Source: Octopus sinensis (lineage: Eukaryota). Taken from it: a stretch of 64,000 nucleotides of DNA. Shown piece after piece: positions 38,380 to 52,760 of this stretch (positions are counted from its first letter, which is position 1; every line of letters begins with the position of its first letter). The stretch spans positions 17,689 through 81,688 of the forward strand of contig NW_021833299.1 in NCBI RefSeq assembly GCF_006345805.1, in the 5' to 3' direction. The translations under genes were made by a program, and so were the position numbers. A model generated the notes under the pieces. The model did not search any database. It had not been told where the DNA came from and was given only the letters and a program-made list of their open reading frames with translations.

Positions 38380-38568
38380 CAGAAGTAGGAAGAAAGAGTG
38401 AGAGAAAGTTGTGGTGAAAGAGCACAGCGGGGTTCACCACCATTCCCCGCAGGAGCCTCGTGGAGCTTAGGTGTTTTTGCTCAATAAACACTCAGAATGC
38501 TCGGTCTGGGAATCGAAATCGCGTTCTTACGATCGCGAGTCCGCTGCCCTAATCACTGGGCCATTGCG
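38380..38568 (-). mobile_element. Family-1 SINE, 5' part
   Basis: Reverse complement of the GCGCAATGGCCCAGTG..TTAGGGCAGCGGACTCGCG head and AAGCTCCACGAGGCTCC body. Confidence 0.82.
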
Positions 38569-38629
38569 CTGTTGTTGTTGTTGCTGGTGGAGGTGGGGGT
38601 AGCGTTGCTGCTCTATTGTTGTTGTTGTT

Positions 38630-38828
38630 GTTAAGCAACAAGACGAGTAAAGGTGATTAGGTGATGGTCTGGGGCTTAGGGGCGGGAGACCCCAGACCTT
38701 GGAAAAAAAAAATTTGGTCATCTTGTTGTAGTCGAGGGATCTTTGTTGACGCCCGACACTACTGGGAGGTGGCCCTCGAATTCGCTGGAAATGGAGATCT
38801 ACAGGTCCAAATTCTTAAACGGCTGTTG
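38630..38828. repeat. Solo, more diverged copy of the 215-bp unit from 15415
   Basis: Colinear match over the whole unit. Confidence 0.95.
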
Positions 38829-38927
38829 CTGCTGCTGTTGGTACTGCTGGTAATACCGGTGTTGTTTAGTCTCATCAGCTCTGATTAGGAAGATTTATAG
38901 TCAGAGACATTCCAGCCTCCATACTCT

Positions 38928-39236
38928 GTTGGTTCGGGCATTCGGCTCACGATCGTAAGGTCATGAGTTCAATTCCCGGTGACACATTTTGTCCTTGAGC
39001 AAGACACTTTATTTCACGTTGCTTCAGTCCACTCAACTGGCAAAAATGAGTAGTACCTGTATTTCAAAAGGGCCAGCCTTGCCACATTTTGTGTAACGCT
39101 GAATATCCCCGAGAACTACGTTAAGGGTGCACGTGTCTGTTTGAGTGCTCAGCCACGTGCACTTTAATTTCGCGAGCAAGCTGTTTCGTTGATCATATCA
39201 GCTGGGACTTCCGTCGTCGTAACTGACGGAGTGCTC
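38928..39236 (+). mobile_element. Family-2 SINE
   Basis: Matches the 14442 copy. Confidence 0.82.
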
Positions 39237-39703
39237 CTTCTATTAACGGTTTCAAATTTTTGGTACAATGCCTGCAGTTTTAAAGGAGATGGATCGGGTC
39301 GATTACATTGACCTAGTACTTGACTGCAACTTTATTTTACCAACCTTGAAGGATAACAAATAAAAAGTTAACCTCATCAGGATTTGAACTCGAAACTTCC
39401 GGCTAATGATTCTGTTATTCCACCACCTCAAAAGATTATTATCAATAAAAGAAAGTATTACTAAGCCATTTTTTGAAAAGGTAACTTTGTTCTTTTATTC
39501 GTTATGTAATTAGTACAATCACCATCATTGTTTTAATTGCTGCCAAAATCTATTGGAAGCAAAGAATCTCTTTTAGTGACAGAACCGTTAACTCTATGCC
39601 AAACACAATATAACGCTACTATTTACGAGTCAAAGGTTGAGTGATTAAAATTCCAAGCATAATCAGTGAATTCTTCTTAACTTGCGTTCTTCGATCTTCT
39701 TAG

Positions 39704-39950
39704 TGGAGGTCCATGGTTTAATGGTTAGGGTGTTGCACTCACAATCGTAAGATTGTGGTTTCGATTCTTGGACCGGGCGACGCGTTGTGTTCTTGAGCAA
39801 AACACTTCGTTTCATATTGCTTCAGTCCACTCAGTTTGATAAAGGTGAGTAATCCTGCAACGGACCGACGTCCTGCCCAGGGAGGAATATATACTCCAGG
39901 GAAACTGCGAAGCTGGCCCTTATTGTCCTACGGAGTAATGTGGCCTATCC
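39704..39950 (+). mobile_element. tRNA-derived SINE (family 1/2-related)
   Basis: The GGTTAGGGTGTTGCACTC...GGTTTCGATTC head and GTGTTCTTGAGCAAAACACTTC body are shared with 26793. Confidence 0.75.
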
Positions 39951-40186
39951 ACTCTACTGAATATCACAAATATTCAGTATCATTTCCCAACTTTTTTTTC
40001 AACGAGAAAGTGTTGCTTGGTCCTCAATATGTGTTTTTTTTTATTTCTGGGGAAGGCACACTGCAGCAGGTGACCTTTCACAGCTCTTCTCACAGCACAA
40101 CATAGCAAATTGCATGTGTATAAGTGTGTGTGTGAGTGCGCGCGTGCATGCATGTATGTGTGTCTATGTGTCTGTGTGTGTGCACG

Positions 40187-40229
<43 letters not shown>

Positions 40230-40732
40230 GGAGAGAAAAACCGGTCCCAGTACTTCACTGTTATTTCGTTTTTTAATCCGTTATTATATGAAGGATCATA
40301 TCGTATGACTGCTAACCAAAGAGTTAAGGATCTTCACACAAACAGGCATTCGTTGTGATACAAAATGCTAATCGTTTAAGCGATTTTACTTTTCACTTCA
40401 GTTTACGCCAGATCCGTTTCTCGTGTATTACTTAAAATGAGGATTGGATGACGGAAGGAGAAACTAACTCAATTTAGCCCTTTTAATCTCCTTCACCACA
40501 TTATCTCTTACACCATGGCCACGAAACAAGAAAACTTACTTTTTTTCCAAATCCCGGTAAAACAAAAGGAAAAGTCGATCTTGGTAGGATTGGAACACAC
40601 AACGCAGAGCAACGGAACGGATCAAATACTGCAGGAATGACGTATGATGTCATATAATTGCTAACAAAAGACTTAAGGGTCTTCATAAAAAGAGGCATTT
40701 GTCGTGGTACAAAATTTCTATTCTTATAAATG

Positions 40733-41128
40733 ACTAGCAGTATCGCCCGGCGTTGCTCGGGTTTGTTTCGACCCTTTAGAATTGGAATTTTTGAAAAGTA
40801 AAAATTCTGCATTATGTAGCTTGTTATTCTCTTTAAGTGAACATTTTTTCTGGTTGAAATACACCGAAAAAATGGCGACACAGCAGTCAAAAAATCGTAA
40901 AAAAATAGGGATTTTCATAGAAAAAAAAAGCACCTTTTTGATGTAAATAATTTTTGGTCTTAACATGGTCTGATTTGAATTTTTTCTTCTACAGAAGGAA
41001 GAGCAAGCCTTCTTCTATCATATTCTCAATTTTGGTCAACTTGCGCCGCAGGGTCTCGGAGGAGATAGTGTTAGTTGAAGGCTGCCAAACCTGCCATACA
41101 CAGACAACTTCAGCTTTATATATGAGAT
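40733..41128 (+). mobile_element. Helitron/Helentron-like non-autonomous element (second copy)
   Basis: Colinear with 9119-9504 and has the same ends. Confidence 0.6.
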
Positions 41129-41503
41129 TTTTACTTTTCACTTCAGTATATACGAAATCTAGTGGATCTTAGATATTGCTGTGTCACCTGTTTTCAATGA
41201 CGGTTCCTTTAGGAAAAGGCAAGTGTTTTTGACAATTTCACACGTAGTGATGGAGAGAGAAATATTCCCGTTGCGTAAAACGCAGAAACTCATGAGAAAA
41301 GATAGAGAAGAAAATAAAATACATAATTTCTAAGTAAATATATTTACCCAAAATCGATTGAAATGGTAATCGGTTTTTAGATAGCGAGTGAGATGTATAT
41401 ATATATAAGAAGTGGTCGCAGCGGTAGCTGAGGCATAGATAATATATAGATAGCTAAATAGAAAGAAAGGAAGACAGTAGTAGTAGAGGTGGTGGTGGTA
41501 GTT

Positions 41504-41541
<38 letters not shown>

Positions 41542-41660
41542 GGTGGTAGTAGTAGTGGTGGTGGTGGGGTAGCGGTGGTGGAGGTGGTGGTGGTAGTAGT
41601 AGTAGTAGAATACTTTACTGGTAGTAGTTGTATTTTTTTATCAAGATTGTATTTTTATCA

Positions 41661-42070
41661 AGGCGTAGGAGTGACTGTGTGGTAAGTAGCTTGCTTACGA
41701 ACCACATGGTTCCGGGTTCACTGTCACTGCGTGGCACCTTGGGCAAGTGTCTTCTACTATAGCCTCGGGCCGACCAAAGCCTTGTGAGTGGATTTGGTAG
41801 ACGGAAACTGAAAGAAGCCCGTCGTATATATATATATATGTGTGTGTGTGTGTGCGCGCGTGCGTGTATGTGTTTGTCTCCCAACGTCACTTGACAACTG
41901 ATTATGGTGTGTTTACGTCTCTGCAACTTAGCGATTCGGCAAAAGTGACCGATAGAATAAGTACTAGGCTTACAAACAATAAGTGCTGGGAATGATTTGG
42001 TCGACTAAAGGCAGTACTCCAGCATGGCCACAGTCAAATGACTGAAACAAGTAAAAGAATAAACGAATAA
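41661..42070 (+). mobile_element. Family-4 SINE
   Basis: Full head, core, internal (TA)n(TG)n tract and tail. Confidence 0.9.
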
Positions 42071-42395
42071 ATATTTTAGAGGGCAGCACTTGCCTCTCAA
42101 TCTTCCTTTTTCTCTTGTGTTACTTAAATAAATTGATGAACGACCGACTAAAGAAGAAATTGACTCTATTTAACCCTTTTAATCTCATCCACCACACTAC
42201 TTCTTTTACCATGGCCGCCAAACAAGAAAACTATCTGAGGAGTAACAGTAGAATGATTTCCATAAGAGACTGGGTTAATAGCCGGATCCACCCGTCTTAG
42301 ACATAACAACTCATATAAGCAATGCTTAGAAACTGAACGAGTATGTGCAAGACTGTTTCGTCGCCCTGCATGCACCTTGACAAGGTCCGAATTTT

Positions 42396-42994
42396 ATTTC
42401 TTTATTGTCCACAAGAGGCTACACACAGAGGAGTCGAACAAGGAAAGACAAACGGATTAAGTCGATTATTTCGACCCCAGTGCGTAACTGGTACTTATTT
42501 ACTCGAGCCCGAAAGGATGAAAGGCAAAGTCGACCTCGGCGGAATTTGAACTCAGAACGTAGCGGCAAGCAAAATACCTTTTTTTTTACTACCAAAAAGG
42601 GGCTAAACATAGAGTGGACAAGAAAGGACAGACACACGGATTAAGTCGGTTACATCGACCCCAGTGCGTAACTGGTACTTATTTAATCGACCCCGAAAGG
42701 ATGAAAGACGAAGTCGAACTCGGCGGAATTTGAACTCAGAACGTAACGGCAGACGAAATACCTATTTCTTTACTACCCAGAAGGGCCTAAACACAGAGGA
42801 GACAAACAAGGAGAGACAAACGGATTAAGCCGATTATATCGACCCCAGTGCATAACAGGTACTTATTTAATCGACCCCGAAAGGATGAAAGGCAAAGTCG
42901 ACCTCGGCGGAATTTGAACTCAGAACGTAACGACAGACGAAATACCGCTAAGCATTTCGCCCGGTGTGCTAACGTTTCTGCCAGCTCGCTGTCC
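42396..42994 (-). mobile_element. Family-3 SINE: head plus three tandem ~184-bp bodies
   Basis: Reverse complement of the same unit and junction seen at 17592. Confidence 0.9.
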
Positions 42995-43668
42995 TAGACC
43001 TTCTCTATATTGTCAATGGGAGGTGAACACGTCTGCAGATGTATCAATACTACTGCAAGGCGAAGGCCAGCCTTGCTGCACAGAAAAAATAAAAAACAAA
43101 AACACAAAGGAAGTGACTTACCAGAGTTAGATTACAATACTTGTAAACCATATGTAGAGGTCGACATGTGGTCGTCTGCTTTGCGAAGAGGGTCTGTCGT
43201 TCACCATACTTCGTCGCTGTTTGTTATTAGATTTATTAATTTCATCCAATATCGTTCGATTTGATCATATTTTATCATCTTTATGCCTGTTCTATTTTTG
43301 ACTAGATTCTATCAGCTTATCTGAATTATAGTTTGCTGTCTGTTGCTGAGCGAATGAATATACTCCGCTTTCGATGGGAGAATCCATCATATATGCGTTT
43401 GTATGGATACATGTATATTTGCATGTGTATGAGTATTTTTATGCATATATATATATGCATTCGTATATACATATGAACCCGTGTGTGTATGTGTTTGTAT
43501 ATGTAATCTATGCATATATATGTATGCATGTATGTATAAGTATATATATATATTTATATATATATATGTAAGTATGTATGTATGTATGTATGTATGTATG
43601 TATGTATGTATGCATGTAAGTATGTATGTATATATATATATATGCGTATGCGTGTATGCGGGTGTGGA

Positions 43669-44176
43669 GAAGGAAGATATTTTCAAATTATTTAGAATTT
43701 TTATATATGTATGTAGGCATATATATGTGTGTGTGTGTGTGTATGTGTGTATGTGTGTGTATGTGTGTGTGTGTATGTGTGTGTGTGTGTGCGTATGTGT
43801 GTGTGTGCGTTTGTGTTGAAGGAAAATATGTTCAAATTATTTAGAATTTTTATGTATATATGTATGCATATATATATATATGTGTGTGTGTGTGTGTATG
43901 TGTGTGTGTGTATGTGTGTGTGTGTGTGTGTTGAAGGAAAATATGTTCAAATTATTTAGAATTTTTATGTATATATGTATGCATATATATATATATGTGT
44001 GTGTGTGTGTGTATGTGTGTGTGTATGTGTGTGTGTGTGTGTGTTGAAGGAAAATATGTTCAAATTATTTAGAATTTTTATGTATATATGTATGCATATA
44101 TATATATATGTGTGTGTGCGTGTGTGTATGTGTGTGTGTGTTTGTGTTGAAGGAAAATATGTTCAAATTATTTAGA
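43669..44176. repeat. Five-copy tandem repeat: unique AT-rich cassette plus variable microsatellite
   Basis: GAAGGAAAATATGTTCAAATTATTTAGAA at 43669, 43818, 43933, 44046 and 44149. Confidence 0.95.
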
Positions 44177-44249
44177 AGTTTGACGTGGACGTAATTTAAA
44201 GATGCATCTTTTGAAATGATGACGACAAACGGTTAGGTTTTATAGCCTT

Positions 44250-44494
44250 GAGATGTCAAACAGAATAATAGGCAACGTGAAGGGGTCCATGGATGCACAA
44301 TGATAATGATGATGATAATAATGGTGGTGGTGATGATGAAGATGATGATGGCGATGAAATGATAATGATGATGATGATGATGATGGCGATGAAATGATAA
44401 TGATGTTGATGATGATGATAATGATAATAATAATAGTAATAGTAATCCTGATGATGATTGTGATGAGGGCGATGGTGATGATGATAATAATAAC

Positions 44495-44550
<56 letters not shown>

Positions 44551-44982
44551 TAATGATAATTCTCTTGTCCCTCAATATCCTTATTGTCCTTTTCTGCCTT
44601 CTCCTCCACTTCCTCCACCTCTCCTTCCTCCGCATCGTCATCTTCACCATCGACCTCATCATCATCGTCACTAGTATGATGAATATCATTATTACCGTCG
44701 TTGCCATTGTCCCAATCCTCGTCGCCAGCGTCCGTCTTTATCATCGATATTATCGTCGTTGTCTTCATCATCTTATCACCACCACCATCGTTGTCGTCGT
44801 CATCATCATCATCATCATCATCATCACCACCACCACCACCATCATCATCGTCGTCGTCGTCATCTTCACCACCACCACCACCACCACCATCATCATCCTC
44901 ATCAACATCATCATCATCATCGTCATCATCATCATCGTCATCATCATCATCGTCATCATCATCATCGTCATCATCATCATCG

Positions 44983-45021
<39 letters not shown>

Positions 45022-45064
45022 CATCATCATCATCGTCGTCATCGTCGTCGTCATCTTCACCACC

Positions 45065-45098
<34 letters not shown>

Positions 45099-45212
45099 TC
45101 ATCATCCTCATCAACATTATCATCGTCGTCATCGTCATCATCAACATCGTCATCATCATCATCATCATCATCATCATCACCATCATCATCATCACCATCA
45201 TCATCATCAACG
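44250..45212. repeat. (GAT/AAT)n tract followed by (CAT/CGT/CAC)n tract
   Basis: Directly visible. Confidence 0.95.
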
Positions 45213-46148
45213 TTGTTGTCATTACACTTTCGCCTTTTCCTAGTCTCAGGATTACTTTTGATCTGTTTGTTCTTTATTTTATTTCATTTCATTTTGTCGT
45301 TTCTTTTCTCTTTTTCTTTCTTGTTTGGTGCAATAAGATTTCGTCATGTTTCTTTTTTTCTTTTTTTACTTTCGTCATTCACTTTTTCTTTTTTTCTTTT
45401 CTGTTTTCTTTTTTTTGTCTCTTTCTTTGGAAGAGTTCTTTTCCTGTCGTCTACATCTGTAGGAGTTATACGTCTTGATCTTCTGATTTCAACTTTAAGT
45501 TGTATTTCATTGCCTAATCTGCGTCTGGTATCTCTTAAGTAGTGATAACAACGTTTCTAGTTCAGACAAGTTGTTGTTGTTGTTGTTGTTGTTGTTGTTG
45601 GTAGCCGTCGATGTGGTAACAATGTTGTTTAACATCACGTCAACCTCACTGAGCAAACGCATGATCAAACGTCCATTTATGACCATCCCATTTGTTTTAG
45701 AACCACCATATCTACAATCATATATCTACAATCATATTATCAGATTTGTATTCTATTTCAAGATGGTGGGGGTTATTACGTCAGAGGTAATTTGACTATT
45801 AGTTTTAGCTGGCTAACAAAATAATTAGAGGCTCCCCATCGTTAATTCACATTTGGTTAGTTTCTGAGTGTCTGTAATAGAATTTCGATATTTTTATGGA
45901 TTAGACAAGGCAGCGGACTCGCAGAATCGTTAGAACATTGGTTAAAATGCTTCGCAGCATTTTTCCGGCTCTTCAATTCAATTTTGAATCCAAATAGCGC
46001 CGAAGTCCGGTTTATCTTTTATTCGCCAGGGGTCGATAAACTGATGCACCAATTTTGTACAATGTTTCATGGTATTGGTTAATCCCACGTCGAGAATTGC
46101 TGGCTTAGTGCCTGAATTACAAACAATATTATCTTTTTTTTTGTTGTT

Positions 46149-46368
46149 GTCCACAAGGGGCTAAACATACAGGGGACAAACAAGGACAGACAAACGGATT
46201 AAGTCGATTATATCGAACCTTGTGCGTAACTGGTACTTATTTAATCGACCCCGAAAGGATGGAAGGCAAAGTCGACCTCGGCGGAATTTGAACTCACAAC
46301 GTAGCGGCAGACGAAATAACACTAAGCATTTCGCCCGGCGTGTTAACGTTTCTGCCAGCTCGCCGCCT
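46149..46368 (-). mobile_element. Family-3 SINE monomer
   Basis: Reverse complement of the 12399 element. Confidence 0.88.
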
Positions 46369-46384
46369 ACAAACAATATTTTCT

Positions 46385-46718
46385 GGTACTCCGTCGGTTA
46401 CAACGACGAGTGTCTCAGTAGATCCGATCATCAGAATAATCAGCTCGTGAAATTAATGTTTAATATGCAACTGGATGAGCACCCAACAGATACGTGCACC
46501 CTTAACGTAGTAAGTTCTTAGGGAGATTCAGCGTGATACAGGATGTGACAAGGCTGGCCCTTTCAATTGCAGGTCCTACTCATTTTTACCAGCTGAACGG
46601 ACAGGAGAAACGAGTAGTAAAGAGTCTTGCTCAAGGACATAATGTTCCACCAGGAATGGAACTCAAGTCGTTACGATCGTGAACCAAATATCTTAACCAC
46701 TCAGCAACGCGCCTTCAC
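46385..46718 (-). mobile_element. Family-2 SINE
   Basis: Reverse complement of the 14442-type element. Confidence 0.8.
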
Positions 46719-46937
46719 TGAACAACATTTTAAGGATTAAACAGAGGATGACGGAATGTAAATATTCTAACCTTGCAACTGTTGAAAGAATGCATGAAAG
46801 GTTTCCGCAGACTTGGCTCGAATATTTACCATAGACACTAACGAACGGCACTCAAAGACCAGCCGTTTCTTTTCTTACAAGGTGGAAGATTAACGTATAA
46901 ACTGGTAATCATAAACACAAACGCCGACAGAGAGACA

Positions 46938-47012
46938 TAAGTTATGGGGACTGAACACATGAGCATCGGTTGTCAAGTGATGTTGGGGGGACAAACACAG
47001 ACACACAAATAC

Positions 47013-47047
<35 letters not shown>

Positions 47048-47091
47048 CACACACAACATATATATACATATTAATATGTATAAGGGTGGAA

Positions 47092-47156
<65 letters not shown>

Positions 47157-47313
47157 GACGGGCTTCTTCAGTTTCCGTCTACCAAATCACTCACAAGGCT
47201 TTGGTCAACTCGAGGGCTATAGTAGAAGACATTTGCCCAAGATGCCACGCCAGTGGGACTGAACCCGAAACCATGTGGTTGGTTAGCAAGCTACTTATCA
47301 CACAGCCACTCCT
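46938..47313 (-). mobile_element. Family-4 SINE
   Basis: Head, core and internal microsatellite are present; the tail is truncated. Confidence 0.85.
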
Positions 47314-47899
47314 AGGTTTCGAACGCACTCGTGCAATGTCCAAACATTTCAGACCTGTAGGCTTATGTGGAACGCCTGCTGTTACGTGCGGGACGAATTC
47401 GGTTGTCAGCAGAGTCTATCGTGAACATTGCCCCATCTCCTTCCTTTAACCGGGAAGGCAGTTTTCATTGTACTGGTGGCTATGGTGAAAGAATGTGTGT
47501 GGTGGATTCGTGCGAAATGTTTGGCGATAAACACTTTCCTCTCTGGTCAACCTCTCATCATCCTCTTCAAGTATCAATTGAAGAGGAAGGTGAGAGTAGA
47601 GAGGGAAGTTTTGTCTAATGAAAGGTTAAAAAAAACGTGGGTGAATGTGGCAAGAGTCATACGAATAAATGACGGAACCTCCTTGAACGTGATCCTATAA
47701 AGCAAAGTGAGAAAGAGCTCCTTGCTCTCATGTTAAAGTTTTCTTTTTCGTTTCCGAGGTTACCATGGTTCATTTTCGTAGGTTTTACTTTCCACGGAAG
47801 AAAAACCTAGTTAATGTTACATTTTCTCACCGCTTTTGGGAACAGTAATTGTTAAAAACAACTTTTGTATTATTTCCTTCTATTCGGCCCTGCGTGGCT

Positions 47900-49360
<1,461 letters not shown>

Positions 49361-49380
49361 ATATATATATTACTTTTATT

Positions 49381-49752
49381 TTTTTATTTGTGTCGGCATT
49401 TGACAGCGACCAAGCTGGAGCTCCCCATCTACTCGAAGAATCGACTCAGGGCTTATTGTTTGTACTTATTCTGTCGGCCGCTTTTTTGTCGAACCGCTAA
49501 TTTACGGTGACAGAAACACACACACACACACAAACGCACGCACACACGCACACACGCAGACACATATATTTACACACACACACATATATATTTATGACCG
49601 GCTTCTTTTAGTTTCCGTCTACCAAATCCACGCATAAGGCTTTGGTCACACCGAGGATATATTAGAAACCACTTGCTCATGTTGCCATGCAGTGGGACTG
49701 AACGCGGAACGATGTGGCTGGGAAGCAAACTTCTTAGTACACAGCCACGAAT
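49381..49752 (-). mobile_element. Family-4 SINE (diverged)
   Basis: Matches 19998 and 30040. Confidence 0.82.
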
Positions 49753-49809
49753 ATACACATACATATATACACACATACATACATATATATATATATATAT
49801 GTATAAATG

Positions 49810-50000
49810 TGACCGCGTGTGTACCGTTGGCGATTTTTTTCCCTCTGTCTTCCCTTCTCTGGATCTTTCCTTCTCCTATGTTTCCGACGAAGAGCTCCGC
49901 TCGAAACGTTAAACCCCGCTTCTTTCCTGAGCGTCCAATAATACTATATTTGTTCCACGTCCTCGCGTTGTTGAGTTCTTTTATGCTTTGTTTTGGATTA
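49810..50000 (+). mobile_element. Penelope-like terminal-repeat fragment carrying a hammerhead motif (49880-49914)
   Basis: GTTT-CCGACGA-A-GAGC(TCC)GCTC-GAA-ACGT-T-AAAC. The same family occurs inverted at 54890-55070. Confidence 0.65.
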
Positions 50001-51673
50001 ACTATATAATATATATATATATATATCTATTATATATATATATATATGCAATTTTACCTGGTGAAACTGGTGCATAATGGGAAAATACTCTGAAAATAAC
50101 TTAACCCTGAAGAGGAAGAAACTCTTACCTTTCGATTAGACACAGTGACTTACTTTACAAGAAGGAAATATGTTTTGTTTATTACAGTGAATGCGTCTAC
50201 TTTTGCCTTTTGTTTAACATAGTATTTCACTCATTTAGAAATATCGTAAAGTGAAAGTGATTCCTAAAATGTAATCTGCTTGTACAGTAAGTATTTATAT
50301 TTTAGCTTTCCTTAAATATACAATATTTCAATGCTTTTTAAAATTATTTTCAAGAGAATACCATAACAAAAGTTTTTTGGCATATTTAACAAATATTTTA
50401 GAGTGAACATGAGTTTAAAAATCGGTAAAAGTTTTGTACAAGACACGTTCGTAACCTCGTTGTGAAATAATTCTTTTTCCATAGTTTTTTTTCGAGTGCA
50501 TTCAGCACATCTCACCTCCAAAGATTTGGCTGCGATTTCTAGCATGCCCTGCTACCACGTAACAGATATTTGTGATTAAGGACACGAAATAACTTTCTGG
50601 GAAAAGAGGCCGTTTACATGCGATTTCGATGTCACATTTCTTGAAAGCATGCGTAATAATCTGGAAAAGAAAAAGAAACCCACGAAACAAACTCCGTTAC
50701 TGTGAAACTCAGACTCTCCCGGAGTTTTCTTTCCTCAGTCGAGTTCCATATTATCTTTGCAATTTCGGGTAGTTAAACTCGAGATTGCTCCAATCTGGCC
50801 AGCCCCAAGGAAAAACTAAGCTAAGAGCATTAGATTCCTTGCAAGAAAGCAGCGAATGTATACGAAAACAAGGACGGGGAAAAAACGGAGAAATGTTACA
50901 CAAATACAAACGCAAATAACAGGACATTAACAACAGGTGTCTTTCGACCAAGGACGAATTAAATTAAGCTGGTGTGTGTGGAAGTAAAGCCTTACGGCAG
51001 GGACATAGGATTTGACAGGCACAGGGAGACAGGGAGGAGCATAGATGTTGCATGGATGGTAGTCGAAGCAAGAAAGAAAGGTCAGGCTTTGCCAAACTCC
51101 GGTCACTTGACCAGAGAAGAGAAAGAGGTAGAGGCAGAGGGATAGAAGAATTAAGGAGGGACAGAGTGAAGTGAAAGAGGAGGGAAAGTGAACATGAAGA
51201 GAAGGCCAGGAAATGTGAAAGAGGGAGAAAGAAAGAACAGACATACACACATAAATGTGCCTAAGGTTTTAGCAAACACCTACATTGCTAGAAATAATAG
51301 CTAAACTGCTTTACAGGATTAGAGTGGTTTAGCTTTTATTTCTAGCAAAATAGGTGTTTCTTAACCCACTAGTCATATATTTATATATATATAAACAATG
51401 ATAGAGAGAGAGGGGGAGAGGGAGAGAAAGAGAGAGAAGATAGATATGTGTGTGTACATACATATGAAAATATATAGATGGCATCCATGTATAAATGTAA
51501 ATACAAAATTTTATGTATGCAACAAGCAGACAAGATGGCCGAGACACACACATAAACATACACACACAATTACATAAACTGCCACACTCACAGACACACA
51601 AATACATGCATGAATGTGGGTTTTTGTGTTCATGTATATTCCACATGCTTGTATGTGTATTCTATGTGTCTAC

Positions 51674-51725
<52 letters not shown>

Positions 51726-52433
51726 TGTGGTGTGTGTGTGTGTGACTATAAATATAAATATATAACATATGCTCAAACATATATTCAAACATGAATATAT
51801 ACATATCTTATTCTATTTGATTGAACTGTGTCCAAAACCTTTCCTCTTTAATTTCTCTGCGGCCTTACGCACGTGTACTTACGTAAGTACGTATGTATTT
51901 ACATATGTATACATATACACCTGTATGTGTCTATATATGTAATATTCATATACTTTTATAATTGCATACTTATTGGTACGCATATATACGCAGATAAGTG
52001 TGTGTATGTGTGTGTGTGTGTGTATGCATATGTATGTATGTATGTGTACATATGTACATATATCTGTGAATTTATGTATTCACACACAAACTTCCGTTCT
52101 TTGAAGACATTTTGATTTTGGCCCTCATTGTGATTATACACATACACACTCTACATTATACACATACACACTCTACATTATACACATACACACTCTACAT
52201 ACGCCTACTTATTTCATATACACTGCATATTGGCGAAGTACTCATCTGGCAAATGTTATGTAGGGTAATCAATAATACGTACATATGTATATACATATAC
52301 ATGTATATATGTATATATGTATATATATGTACGTATATATATACATATATATATGTATAAGTAGTTATATATATATATATATAGATATATATATATGTAC
52401 GTATATTATATATATATATATGTACGTATATAT

Positions 52434-52479
<46 letters not shown>

Positions 52480-52493
52480 ATATATATAATATA

Positions 52494-52542
<49 letters not shown>

Positions 52543-52760
52543 ATAGAAATGTATGGTAATGTATGTATAGTTCATTTATAGAATTAAAATGTAATCAAAG
52601 TTTAGTGTTGAAAATGTATTCGTTACCGTATTTTTTCTTCAGACGTTGGCTAGAATTTTAGCATAAGAAAAGACAGCGTACATTTCACATCGATCTGTGG
52701 TGCTCAATAAGTTTTACGATGGTCTTGAATTCAGTAAATGATTACATCTGTGTAGAGTGA

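Noticed and set aside
40455-42235. Diverged ~90-bp similarity between 40455-40540 and 42150-42235
   Set aside because: Short and weak; most likely an old dispersed repeat with no interpretable structure.
43669-44176. CRISPR-like repeat-spacer appearance
   Set aside because: Spacers are simple repeats, the context is eukaryotic and there are no cas genes.
47367-47618. ORF with GSFHCTGGYGERMC resembling EGF
   Set aside because: Cysteine spacing is incomplete for an EGF module and the acceptor is weak.
50100-50140. CTGAAGAGGAAGAAAC possible hammerhead
   Set aside because: No stem II or stem III can form.
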